Of a stretch of 64,000 bases of DNA, positions 10,470 through 20,508 are shown in pieces. The notes beneath the pieces are model-generated. The model searched no databases, was not told the origin of the DNA, and saw only the letters and a list, made by a program, of their open reading frames with translations. Each line of letters starts with the position of its first letter. The stretch's first letter is position 1. The position numbers were made by a program, and so were the translations under genes. Source of the stretch: Candidatus Cloacimonadales bacterium (GTDB lineage Bacteria > Cloacimonadota > Cloacimonadia > Cloacimonadales > DAONDQ01); contig OY759316.1 in the NCBI GenBank assembly GCA_963662275.1, forward strand, positions 320,001-384,000, in the 5' to 3' direction.

Positions 10470-10623
10470 CGTAGCACAGACAATCTTGTCCGTTTTGTGA
10501 GAGTGTCGTCCCGACCTCGATCGGCAGAAGGTGATAGGTGTTAGGTACTAGGTGCTTGAAGGAATTCAGCAGGAACGGAATCCTACTCTACGGAAATTCA
10601 GTAGGATCGGAATCCTACTCCAC
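10470..10623. repeat. Module B copy 2 followed by two tandem module E REPs (AGTAGGATCGGAATCCTACTCCAC)
   Basis: Direct sequence comparison with 8296-8382, 32466-32490 and 41921-41945. Confidence 0.8.
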
Positions 10624-10643
10624 TATTAGATAAGAGGAATAGA

Positions 10644-11309
10644 ATGAAATTGATAACAGAGATACAGGAAGATAAGGTATATTTCAGGATACAGGAATAT
10701 GATTCCAAGTATAAACCTGTCCTGGAGATGTGTTTTTACCAGGAAGATGAGAAGGGTTATTATAAATCATATCCTTCAAATTATCCACACCTGGAAACTA
10801 TTAGAAGCAATTTCGAAATGCTGGGTGAATTGATGTTCAACCAGCTTGGTTATTTTGTATCGGTACCCTGGGAAAAAGGTCTTTTAGCATTTTTGGAAAA
10901 AATCCAAGGCTCCGGTATCAACTGGTGGCTGACAGGCAGTTGTGCCGTATGTGCGAGAGGAATCTCCCTGAATCCGCATGATGTTGATATCATGGTCGAT
11001 TCAAAGGATATCCCGCAAATCATAGAGCTTTTCTCAGATGTTATATTTGAACCGATTGTAGATACCCAGGGGTGGGTAACTAAGGACTTCGGTGTCTTGT
11101 TTATGGATTGCCGCATCGATATAGCCTCTGATCCGGCAGCCTTCATTGATGAACCGGAGCCTGCTGATTGCGGTCCCTATGCTAAAGAGCACCTGGAAAC
11201 GATCGAATGGCATGGTTATTCGATTCAAGTACCGCCGTTATCGCTTTCTATTGCCGTCAATCGCAGAAGAGGTCGATGGGAACGTGTGAAGATCATGGAA
11301 GAAGCCTAG
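10644..11309 (+). CDS. Nucleotidyltransferase (Pol-beta superfamily, aminoglycoside adenylyltransferase-like)
   Basis: WWLTGSCA...PHDVDIMV (GS plus DxD) motif. Confidence 0.75.
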   Translation: MKLITEIQEDKVYFRIQEYDSKYKPVLEMCFYQEDEKGYYKSYPSNYPHLETIRSNFEMLGELMFNQLGYFVSVPWEKGLLAFLEKIQGSGINWWLTGSCAVCARGISLNPHDVDIMVDSKDIPQIIELFSDVIFEPIVDTQGWVTKDFGVLFMDCRIDIASDPAAFIDEPEPADCGPYAKEHLETIEWHGYSIQVPPLSLSIAVNRRRGRWERVKIMEEA

Positions 11310-11400
11310 AGTATGCGCTACAGATAAAAAGCTTGACTGTAATATCTCTTTTTTGAAGTAGTGTTCCTAAAATGGAATACTAAAATAGAAAGAGGCTATA

Positions 11401-12252
11401 ATGAAAAGTCAAGCTTCGCACTATCTAACTGAAAAGCTCGGATTTACTGCCATTGAAGCAACTGTATATCTTTGTTTATTAGCTGAACATCCTCAAACTG
11501 GATACAAGATATCCACGACAATCAGTAAGTCTCGCTCAAGTACCTACCAATCATTAAAATCACTGGAAAACAAGCATGCTATCATCCGCTTGGAAGGTAC
11601 GGAATTTGGTGAATACATACCTGTTCCTATTGAAGAATATATGAATCGGAAAGAGAAAGAATTCCAAATGCAAAAGGAAGAGATCATAGAGGCTTTCAAG
11701 GATATTGTTCCGGAAGAGCAGCAGGAGTATATCTATCAGATTACCCGCACAGAACAATTATACAGCAGGATTCAAACAATGATTCATGAAGCGAAAGCGA
11801 TGATTCTTGTCGATACAGATGATGCACCCTTACAAATCATTCATGATTGGCTCGAGGTAAAAGCAAAAGAGAATGTGAATGTCATGATTGAAACCTTGGG
11901 AAAAAAGCAGGATGATCATTGCTTTCATATTAATTTACAGAAAATAACACCCAAGGATATGGAATGGAATGCTGACTGGTTGTGTTTAAGCGTTGACGGT
12001 GAGCAGTTTCTTATCTCTTTGTTAAACAAGGAAACGGGGGAATTGATACATGCGCTCTGGTGTGGCAATCCCTATATTTCACCGTGGGTTTATAACGGTA
12101 TGCTGCATGAGTTCTCTTTTCGGGTTCTTCTCCAAATGATTGAAGAGGAAGATGATAGAGAGAAGCTGTTAAAAAGTATTACCGCGTTTACTAATCGCTT
12201 CTTCCAACCTGTAAAAGGGTTTCAGCGCTTACAGGAAAAGCTCTTAATTTGA
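11401..12252 (+). CDS. TrmB family transcriptional regulator
   Basis: LGFTAIEATVYLCLL...TGYKIS...SRSSTYQSLKSL winged HTH followed by an effector domain. Confidence 0.88.
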   Translation: MKSQASHYLTEKLGFTAIEATVYLCLLAEHPQTGYKISTTISKSRSSTYQSLKSLENKHAIIRLEGTEFGEYIPVPIEEYMNRKEKEFQMQKEEIIEAFKDIVPEEQQEYIYQITRTEQLYSRIQTMIHEAKAMILVDTDDAPLQIIHDWLEVKAKENVNVMIETLGKKQDDHCFHINLQKITPKDMEWNADWLCLSVDGEQFLISLLNKETGELIHALWCGNPYISPWVYNGMLHEFSFRVLLQMIEEEDDREKLLKSITAFTNRFFQPVKGFQRLQEKLLI

Positions 12253-12260
12253 GGTTATTC

Positions 12261-13196
12261 ATGAATCATTTTATAGAAAAACTGAGTAATACAAAAGCAT
12301 CAGATGAATTCAATCAATCTCTAAAACAGACCAAGTTTCAGAAATTCAGTTCTTATTTGATTGTCAGGATGGTGCTCATAGGGTTAGCGGTTCTCATCCC
12401 TGTTGCTTTCACTAACGTCTTGTCTATTTACGTCATAGACCGCTTTACCGGAGTTACTGAGACTATCCTGGATGGCTTACGGCATTTGTTATCAATTATT
12501 CTCATATTCATGGCATATCGGTTTTATTGTCGTAAGATCGAAAACCGTGAAGCAAAGGAATTTTCACTACCGCGTTCTTTCCTGGAATTGTTCTCCGGGT
12601 CATTTGTCGGTGGTTTCCTGGTTGCACTCATTGTTGCCGTTTTAGCTTTGAATGGTATGTATCAGATTATTTCTTTGAAGCCGGCAAGTGTTTTGGTAAA
12701 AGGTTTTTACATCTTTTATACTGGAGCTCTCTTCCAAGAAATCTTCTTCAGGTTGGTGTTGTTCAAAATTATTGAGGAAAAACTGGGTACCTGGCTAGCG
12801 ATTACAGCCGTCGCTTTGATCTTTGCATTGGCACATGTAACCAATCCGAATACTACGCTTATGACTTCTATCTACATGTTTCTCTCAGATTTCCTGTTCG
12901 GTGCCGGGTTTGTCCTGACACGCAGAATATGGTTTGTCTGGGGTATGCATGGTGCTTGGAACTTTATCCAGGATGGCGTTTTCGGGATGTCAAATTCGGG
13001 CATTGATCAGTTTCCCAGTTGGATCATTCCTAAGGTGCAAGGTCCGGTCTGGCTGACAGGTGGAGCGTATGGAATTGAAGCATCTGTTACAAGTCTTGTT
13101 TTAAGCATAATGGGTGGAATTATCTTATTAAAATATGCTGTACAGTCAAAGCAAATGGTATTGCCGGTATGGAAGAAATACGATGCACAGAGCTAA
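12261..13196 (+). CDS. CPBP (Abi/CAAX) family intramembrane metalloprotease
   Basis: Multiple TM segments, QEIFFR, FALAH, MHGAWN. ATG at 12261 follows GAGG; the ORF track starts at TTG 12249. Confidence 0.85.
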   Translation: MNHFIEKLSNTKASDEFNQSLKQTKFQKFSSYLIVRMVLIGLAVLIPVAFTNVLSIYVIDRFTGVTETILDGLRHLLSIILIFMAYRFYCRKIENREAKEFSLPRSFLELFSGSFVGGFLVALIVAVLALNGMYQIISLKPASVLVKGFYIFYTGALFQEIFFRLVLFKIIEEKLGTWLAITAVALIFALAHVTNPNTTLMTSIYMFLSDFLFGAGFVLTRRIWFVWGMHGAWNFIQDGVFGMSNSGIDQFPSWIIPKVQGPVWLTGGAYGIEASVTSLVLSIMGGIILLKYAVQSKQMVLPVWKKYDAQS

Positions 13197-13501
13197 AGCT
13201 GACAGCTAATAGGGAAGTGAAGAGCAGAGTCAACCACACCTGCGACTTCGTGTTATCGTACGGCTATTGAAAGTGAGTAATAGAGGGAACAGGAACGGCG
13301 TCCTGCTTTACTCAGAATTCATTCAGATCGGAATCTTACTCCACATAATCAGCTTGAAGTATGCGCTACATTCAGCAGGAATGTTGTCCTGCCTGAGAGA
13401 GGTGTACGTAATTCTCTAGTTGACCACAGGTTCATCTTATCATTCTTTGCTTTTCTGGTGATTAGTGATTAAACTATATCAAATACTAACATAGGAATGA
13501 T

Positions 13502-14395
13502 ATGATACGCAATCGTCAACTCAGCCTTTTCTTAGGAATACTTGCATCGCTGTTCTGGGGATTAAGCTTTATATGGTATAAAACAGCTTATCTTGGCTTT
13601 GGACCTTTATCCGTTGTTATGCTCAGACTGGTCATTACCACTATTGTCCTGGCGTTAGCTGCTGTCATCAGCAGGCAGCATATAATGATTCCCAAAAAAG
13701 ACTGGAAATACTTTTTCTTGTTAGCTATCTTCGAACCATTCCTCTATTTCCTGGGAGAAAGCTTCGGAATGAAATTCGTTTCATCCACACTCGGTGCATT
13801 GATCATCGCTACCATTCCATTATTTACACCTATTCCAGCTTACTTGCTCTATCGGGAGAAGATGCAGGTAACCGGATTCATAGGATTGACATTATCATTT
13901 GGTGGTGTCGGTCTTGTAGTATGGCAGGGTGGATTTGATGTCGTGAATTATTGGGGTATCCCGCTGATGTTTATTGCCGTTCTTTCAGCAGTCTGTTATG
14001 GCTTAGTATTGAAGAAACTAACCCGCGATTATAGCAGTATTACTATTGTGAGAGTGCAAAGCCTATTGGGTGTGCTCATGTTCTTGCCTGTGTTCCTTAA
14101 TTTTGAAGCAAAGAATTTCAATTATCATGCTCCAGCTAATGCCTGGCTGGCAGTGTTTGCATTAGCTATCTTCGCATCCTGCCTGGCGTATATGTGTATT
14201 ACTGTTTGTATTAGGAATCTCGGGGTGAATAAAACAAACCTCCTGGCAAACCTCATTCCTGTTTTCACAGCAGTCACAGCTTATCTTTTTCTACATGAAG
14301 CATTTGGCATATCCAAGATTGTTGGTGGTGTCATGGTATTATCCGGAGTGCTGCTGTTTGAATTTGGATGGTTCAAGAGGAGAATTAAAAATTAA
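13502..14395 (+). CDS. EamA/DMT family transporter
   Basis: FWGLSF start, about 10 TM segments, two EamA repeats. Confidence 0.9.
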   Translation: MIRNRQLSLFLGILASLFWGLSFIWYKTAYLGFGPLSVVMLRLVITTIVLALAAVISRQHIMIPKKDWKYFFLLAIFEPFLYFLGESFGMKFVSSTLGALIIATIPLFTPIPAYLLYREKMQVTGFIGLTLSFGGVGLVVWQGGFDVVNYWGIPLMFIAVLSAVCYGLVLKKLTRDYSSITIVRVQSLLGVLMFLPVFLNFEAKNFNYHAPANAWLAVFALAIFASCLAYMCITVCIRNLGVNKTNLLANLIPVFTAVTAYLFLHEAFGISKIVGGVMVLSGVLLFEFGWFKRRIKN

Positions 14396-14715
14396 AAAAT
14401 AAAAATTAAGAATTGCAGAGTTCGGATGGTTTGGAAAGAAGCATGTTCAAAAAATTGACCGTTTTAGTAGGTAGAAAACTTAAGAACTAACCAGAAAATA
14501 TTAATTAGGGGATATAACTGTGTTGAATTCTGTTTACCATTAGCTCTAAGCTACTGCCTACTTAACTCATACCATTTTTTACAATTGTCTTATCATCAGT
14601 TTGAATTTTCAGAAAACAAATGCTAGAAACTTCTCAACAAATCTTAAACAAAATTTATCCACATTTCTCCACATTACCTTACCCTGATGTCTCATATGTT
14701 TTTCATAAATGAACT

Positions 14716-14802
14716 AGGATACGATTACTATATCATTACGGTACAAATACGGTTTTTTACCGTAATGCTACCGTATTGCTACCGTAATGATACCGTAATG
14801 CT
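14716..14802. repeat. 11-bp tandem repeat (TACCGTAATGC x4) preceded by inverted degenerate copies
   Basis: 14758-14802 taccgtaatgc/taccgtattgc/taccgtaatga/taccgtaatgc; cattacggta at 14734 is the reverse complement. Confidence 0.8.
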
Positions 14803-14817
14803 CTTATGTGGATTTGA

Positions 14818-16296
14818 TTATTTTACAAGCACCATTTTCTTCGTAATTGTCTTATCCTTGGTGCTGATTCTTAAGAAATAAGCACCGCTTGCATTATCTG
14901 CTTCAGATTCAGAAGCATTCCACACATAATTCTGCGTTCCCTTATCCAGCATCCCTTCATGAATGTGTTTGATAATCTGACCTTTAATATTAAAGAGACT
15001 AATATCCACATTACCCTTTTCCGGATTATCAATTTGGATATTTACATCTTTCGCAAAGGGATTAGGATATACTGTACAGTTCAGGGATGTTATTGGAACA
15101 ATAGGATCATCATTAGAAACATTTGAATGAATGTATTCCACATAATCATTATAAGTGTACCAGAATTTGAGGGATGCAGTTTGCCAATAAATACGTGGGA
15201 AATAAGTAATGCTAACAAAATCAACTGGGAAATCGAAATTATAGTCCTCATAAAATAAAATGTCGCTTTCACCTGTATCAAATTCAATAGTAGCGGATAA
15301 AGGAAAATCAGAATCGACATCCGAATAAGTAATATGTGAGTGAAATTCATTAGGATATTCAAGCCCATTCCATAAATAGTTATAAGTAAAATAATTTAGA
15401 ACAGGCGGATGATTCTCGACAAATTGATACTGTTCGTTGGTAGGATAAATAATGGTATTCCTTGCCTGGTCAACAGTGACAAAGCCTTCCTGCTGTGTTA
15501 CGGTTTGAGTCGTAGGAGTGATCTTAAAATACCCAAAGCTGTTGAACCAGATACTGAACAGATTGTCAGCCATCAGGTCAGCCCAATTGCATGAGAGGTA
15601 TAATATACTTGTTCCTTCAGGATGGGAATATGTGATATCGCCAATCCGGGTGATATCTGCTAAACCTGTACCGTTTATTTTATACAGACCAGGGTTAATG
15701 ACGCCTGCCTGGTCAATCGTATAGATTAAGGCAAAGGTAAGGGGTGTGGGAGAAGTATCCGCAGGAAATGTGATAATACCCATGTAGCAGTAGTTTGTAT
15801 ATCCTGAATTGACAGGATATGATTGGCTGCTATTTGACATTGCGATAAAGAGTTTGTCATCATTAAAAGAAACATTCCAATCCACTAAATCAAGACAGGC
15901 TGGAGTTGCATCACCAGTAAAATCCCAATTTCCTGCAGACATTTCATCCCAAGTAGGCTGGGTTCCTGCATACTTTACAGGAGCTACGTTATTTTGTTGG
16001 CGAAAGCCGATTTGAAATAGATCAGGGCTGTTCATATTTAAAGTGGCTTTACAACTTAGGGGACCTCCAAATGCACCAAATTCATGAAAATCTAGCATGT
16101 CTATGGTCTGGACTTCGTTATTTATACGATATTCAAGTGTTACACCAGTTGGTTCGCTACATCTGAGTTGAACTATGTACTGATTCGGTTCAGTTGCCAG
16201 ATTTGAACTATGCCTGAAATTAGACCAGAATTTCGCAGCGTGGAGTGAAAAACATAAACAGGTTACAAATATAGCGAATAGAATACGTGTTTTCAT
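14818..16296 (-). CDS. Secreted protein with C-terminal T9SS type A/FlgD-like sorting domain
   Basis: Signal peptide MKTRILFAIFVTCLCFSLHA after AAGGGG RBS; C-terminus VYPNPF...FNIKGQ...ASGAYFLRI...KKMVLVK. Confidence 0.85.
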   Translation of the reverse strand: MKTRILFAIFVTCLCFSLHAAKFWSNFRHSSNLATEPNQYIVQLRCSEPTGVTLEYRINNEVQTIDMLDFHEFGAFGGPLSCKATLNMNSPDLFQIGFRQQNNVAPVKYAGTQPTWDEMSAGNWDFTGDATPACLDLVDWNVSFNDDKLFIAMSNSSQSYPVNSGYTNYCYMGIITFPADTSPTPLTFALIYTIDQAGVINPGLYKINGTGLADITRIGDITYSHPEGTSILYLSCNWADLMADNLFSIWFNSFGYFKITPTTQTVTQQEGFVTVDQARNTIIYPTNEQYQFVENHPPVLNYFTYNYLWNGLEYPNEFHSHITYSDVDSDFPLSATIEFDTGESDILFYEDYNFDFPVDFVSITYFPRIYWQTASLKFWYTYNDYVEYIHSNVSNDDPIVPITSLNCTVYPNPFAKDVNIQIDNPEKGNVDISLFNIKGQIIKHIHEGMLDKGTQNYVWNASESEADNASGAYFLRISTKDKTITKKMVLVK

Positions 16297-16327
16297 AATA
16301 CCCCTTCGTGTTAATACTCTGTAATTT

Positions 16328-17485
16328 TTAAATCTTAATTTTCCTGCCTTCATGTATTTTGATTTCAATATATCGGCACTCAATATCACCATTATAGACT
16401 ATTACCTTCCTGCTTGGAGTCAAGCCAACGGATTTAACCAAATCCTTTTCCAGCAATATCCAGGCAGTTGAACCCCGGCATTTCTGCTTGAGGAAATCAC
16501 CAAAAACGCCTAAGAGTCTTTTAACATTCTCCACTTCCGCTAACCTCACACCATAAGGAGGATTGCAGATGATCATTGCATTTTCAATGGGTTTCATTCT
16601 AAAGGCACCCTGGTTGAGAGTCACATTCCTGCCGAAAGGCAAGGCTGTCATATTAGCTTCAGATGCTTCAATAGCTTGAGGATCAATATCACTTCCAAAA
16701 ATGAGATTATCAGGCAGAGGTCTGATTTGCTGCTGCAGTTCTTCCTGCAGCTTAACCCAGTCCTGAGAGTTATAATCAGGTAATAGTTGGAATCCCCACT
16801 TATGCTGCTTGACTGTAGGGGGGAGATGACATAGCATCATACCTGCTTCTGCTAAAATTGTCCCTGAACCGCAGAAAGGATCATAGAGAAGGACAGTTCC
16901 ATCCCAGCCACTGATACGAACTAGCGCAGCAGCTAATGTTTCCTGTAAGGGAGCTTCCACACTTCGCAGGCGATATCCTCTTTTATGCAAAGGACCATGA
17001 CCAACATCGAAGCTGATGCTGGCATCATTTTTAAATATCCAGAGGCTAATATCCACATCCGGATTCTCTCTATCCACGCTTGGACGTTTTCCAAACTTAT
17101 CACGATAGTAGTCTGCAATCGCATCTTTCAGTTTCAAGGCTGCATATTGGGAATGGGTGATATTGCTATGAGCGACATTGGCAAAGATGGAGAATGTATG
17201 ATCAATACCGAACAGTGTTTCCCACTTGATATTTTTATATGCATATTGATACAAGGCATCATCACCGAGGCATCGAAATTTAGCCAGGGGTGCTAATATC
17301 TTGCTGCACAGACGCGTCATCATAGTAATTTTCATCAAGGTTTTGGGATCTGCCGTAAAACTGAGAGCCCTATAGCTTTCGATTACTTGTCTAGCCCCTA
17401 ATTCTGCAAGCTCCTTTGCACCTTCTGATTCTAATCCATGAGCAATTGTGGCTGTATATTGGTTATTTTTTTGATATTCAAACAT
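16328..17485 (-). CDS. THUMP-domain class I SAM-dependent RNA methyltransferase (RlmL/YpsC-like)
   Basis: GLE N-terminus, LHKRGYR, APLQETLAAA, DPFCGSGT, NPPYG. Confidence 0.92.
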   Translation of the reverse strand: MFEYQKNNQYTATIAHGLESEGAKELAELGARQVIESYRALSFTADPKTLMKITMMTRLCSKILAPLAKFRCLGDDALYQYAYKNIKWETLFGIDHTFSIFANVAHSNITHSQYAALKLKDAIADYYRDKFGKRPSVDRENPDVDISLWIFKNDASISFDVGHGPLHKRGYRLRSVEAPLQETLAAALVRISGWDGTVLLYDPFCGSGTILAEAGMMLCHLPPTVKQHKWGFQLLPDYNSQDWVKLQEELQQQIRPLPDNLIFGSDIDPQAIEASEANMTALPFGRNVTLNQGAFRMKPIENAMIICNPPYGVRLAEVENVKRLLGVFGDFLKQKCRGSTAWILLEKDLVKSVGLTPSRKVIVYNGDIECRYIEIKIHEGRKIKI

Positions 17486-17699
17486 AAGAATCTCCTGATT
17501 CCTATATGTGATAACTGTAGTAGTTTGTCAAATGGAATGAGGAATCTTACAGTTGACAGGCTAACAGCTAACAGGGGGAAGAAGCTTATAGCTTATAGCT
17601 AACAGCGAGGAAATCCCCCCTTGGGAAGGGTAATGAATCCCCCCTTGGGAAGGGGGGTAGGGGGGTCTATTTCTATTTCGGTCTCATTGAAAACAATAT

Positions 17700-17826
17700 G
17701 CGATTTTCAACCAATCTGAAAACGGATTTTCGCTGCTGTGGATGAAATGTCGGTTTGAAGTCCATTTGCCCTTTTAGTCAGGTATTCATTGATAATCAAT
17801 TAAGGGCAATTGAACTCCAAATCCTC
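17700..17826 (-). repeat. Module F structured hairpin element (TTGGAGTTCA...GGACTTCAA) with its downstream sub-repeat
   Basis: Close copy at 37794-37862; same stem ends at 20141, 20331, 44932 and 46989. Confidence 0.8.
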
Positions 17827-17886
17827 AGCTTTCATATAAAGTCCAACCTCACTAACACCTAGCACCTAACCCCTAACCCCTTCTGC

Positions 17887-20046
17887 CTACTTCACCAGCA
17901 CCATCTTCTTACTGATGTTCCTGCCATTGCTGCTGATCCTGGCAAAATAAACACCTGAAGCGATTGATTTTCCGTCCGTGTCCGTTCCGTTCCAGGATAT
18001 ATTGTGCAAGCCTGCTGAATAATTATCGTTTACCAGGCTTTTCACTTTCTGACCGCGGATATTATAGATATCCAGGGTCACGAGTCCGGCTTTCTGTAAT
18101 TCAAAACTGATGGTCGTGTTCGGATTGAAGGGATTGGGATAATTGGACAAGGTCAGTATTGAAGCGGGAGTAATTACTTGGTCATTAACAGGAACGATGG
18201 CATTTAAATCCAGAATGTTTAATCCGTTGACATTACTGGCAGCATAAAGTATGTTATTGTCCACCCAAAAGCCCTTACTCAGGCAATTCCATGAATACCT
18301 GCCTTGGAGCACCGGATTCGCATTATCTGCAACGTTGTAGATATCGATCTCATTCCAACTTTCATCAGAGAGAAAGAGCCTGTTACCCTCGAGATAAGAA
18401 GCTCTGATGATACTGGTCTCATGCGGTTTAACTGTTTGAATAAGTGTTGGATTTGCAGGATTCGTCACATCGATGACCTGCAAGCCTGATCTTGTATCCG
18501 TCACGTAGGCAGTATTGCCTCTGATATGAACTGTCCTGGCATAATCCGGCGTATCATAGGAACCCAGAAGACTGGGGCTTTGAGGATTAGAAACATCCAG
18601 GATCAGTAAACCGCTGCTGCCGTCAGCCACATAAGCAATACCATTAATGACTTGAATATCCCAGGCATTGCCTGTTGTGTTGTAAGAACCCAGCAGTACT
18701 GGGTTATAGGAGTCTGAAACATCCACAATTATAATACCTGCTTCACTTTTTGCGAGGTATGCGATGTTATTTTCAATAAATATTGAAAGGGTTTTATATC
18801 CCTGGGTAGTTGAACTCAATAATTGAGGGCTTGCGGGATTGCTCACATCTATGATTTGCATACCATAGTTATCTGAAGCTAAGTATAGTGTGCTTCCAAT
18901 AACACATGAAGTCCAGTTGCTGTTATAGTACTGGTTGATTTCACTATCCGGATTCAGTAGTTGAGGAATGTTTGGATTGGAAACATCGACTATATCCAGA
19001 CCGGCACCCCAAGTTGACAGATAGGCGATACTATTGGATACAGTCACTGAAAAGGAAGACATATTACTTGAATACTGCCCGAGCAGATATGGATTCTGAA
19101 TCTGCGAAAAATCGATGATCTGTACACCATTGAACAAATCGCAGAGATAGGCAGTATTTCCTTGAATTGCCAGGGATATTGCAAAATCAGGTGGTGCAAA
19201 TGAACCGAGCTGCTGTGGGCTCTGAGGATTAGAGATATCTATAATCTGCAATCCTCCAGCCATGCTGGCAAGATAAACAACCGTATCATTTACTTCGAAA
19301 GCATCTGCATATTGACCATATTGAATTCCAAGCAGGTTCAGATTCTGATTATCAGTGACATCGATGATTAAAAGCCCCTGGTTGGAATCAATAATGTAAG
19401 CTTTCCCATAGATAACTTTGATTGCATGGTAAGCAATGAATTCAGGATCTTCGTCATTCACAAATGAACTAACAGATTGAGGATTCGATGGATTGGAAAT
19501 GTTCCATATCAGTAGTCCGGCATCTCCATCTGCAACATAGGCAAGGTCATTTATAACGGCTATCCCGTATGCATTGCCGGCAGTGGCGAATGAACCCAAA
19601 TATTGAAGGCTAAGGGGATTGGAGACATCTATGATGACGACGCCGGATTCATCATCAGCAACATAGGCAATTCCTTCTGCAATCGTAACAGAATGAGCAG
19701 TCCCAGGCGTATCATAGGAACTCAAGAACTGCGGCTCCCGGGGATTTGATACATCAAGGAGCAGCAGACCGGATTCATTATCTGCTATATAGGCAATATT
19801 GTTGACCACAGTTGTTGAACTAATCCGATCTGGTGTAAGGTAGGAACTAAGTAGTTGCGTGTTTTCAGGATTGGAAACATCATAAATCATCAGACCCGAT
19901 GAATCTGTTGCCACAAAAGCTATGTTGTTTTCCAGTGTAATAGACCATATCGTATCGGAAACATGAACATCTCCAACCTTATGAATCGTGGCAAACAGAG
20001 GTAACACACACAAGATAGACAGGATAGATAACATGATTACTCTCAT
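17887..20046 (-). CDS. Secreted LVIVD-repeat beta-propeller protein with T9SS type A/FlgD-like C-terminal domain
   Basis: Signal peptide; many AYVAD..SGLxIxDVSNP repeats; C-terminus NYPNPFNPNTTISF...ASGVYF...KKMVLVK. Confidence 0.9.
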   Translation of the reverse strand: MRVIMLSILSILCVLPLFATIHKVGDVHVSDTIWSITLENNIAFVATDSSGLMIYDVSNPENTQLLSSYLTPDRISSTTVVNNIAYIADNESGLLLLDVSNPREPQFLSSYDTPGTAHSVTIAEGIAYVADDESGVVIIDVSNPLSLQYLGSFATAGNAYGIAVINDLAYVADGDAGLLIWNISNPSNPQSVSSFVNDEDPEFIAYHAIKVIYGKAYIIDSNQGLLIIDVTDNQNLNLLGIQYGQYADAFEVNDTVVYLASMAGGLQIIDISNPQSPQQLGSFAPPDFAISLAIQGNTAYLCDLFNGVQIIDFSQIQNPYLLGQYSSNMSSFSVTVSNSIAYLSTWGAGLDIVDVSNPNIPQLLNPDSEINQYYNSNWTSCVIGSTLYLASDNYGMQIIDVSNPASPQLLSSTTQGYKTLSIFIENNIAYLAKSEAGIIIVDVSDSYNPVLLGSYNTTGNAWDIQVINGIAYVADGSSGLLILDVSNPQSPSLLGSYDTPDYARTVHIRGNTAYVTDTRSGLQVIDVTNPANPTLIQTVKPHETSIIRASYLEGNRLFLSDESWNEIDIYNVADNANPVLQGRYSWNCLSKGFWVDNNILYAASNVNGLNILDLNAIVPVNDQVITPASILTLSNYPNPFNPNTTISFELQKAGLVTLDIYNIRGQKVKSLVNDNYSAGLHNISWNGTDTDGKSIASGVYFARISSNGRNISKKMVLVK

Positions 20047-20138
20047 AACTCCTCCTGGATATTTTATATTGTTCTTGCTTATGATCTGAATTAATTAACT
20101 TAAAATCTAAGAGTTTGGTGTTCAAATGAAAGATAAGA

Positions 20139-20400
20139 TTTTGGAGTTCAAATTTCCATCGAATCTACTACGATTTCTCAAGTAATAGGAAATTCGGACT
20201 TCAAAATCGCCCTTTCATTCTCGGTAGCGAAAATCCTTTTCAGGGAAGTTCAAAACCGCCCTTATATCCTCGGCAGCGAAAACTCGTTTTATTATCTTAA
20301 AGCATAAACAATCACAACGCCTAAATCGGGGGTTGAAGTCCACATCGCCTTTTACACGATAATCGAAAGGGAGTATTCGAAGGCGATTTGAACTCCAACG
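20139..20400. repeat. Inverted pair of module F hairpin elements
   Basis: 20141-20204 (+) and 20331-20399 (-). 20141-20260 is nearly repeated at 44932-45052. Confidence 0.8.
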
Positions 20401-20508
20401 ATTGCTACCTTTCAGAGTGTAACCCATTTTCAGTTAGGTTCATACTTAAATGCAAACAATATTCCAAATATTCGGATATCGTATAAAGAATATCTGTTCT
20501 GCCAATAT

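Noticed and set aside
7992..14400. Classical integron with attC sites
   Set aside because: No intI gene, and no consistent RYYYAAC...GTTRRRY-bounded sites were seen after the genes; the repeats are REP or IS-end-like.
16297..16392. N-terminal extension of the 524-aa ORF
   Set aside because: It overlaps the RNA methylase 3' end; the RBS and signal peptide indicate a start at 16296.
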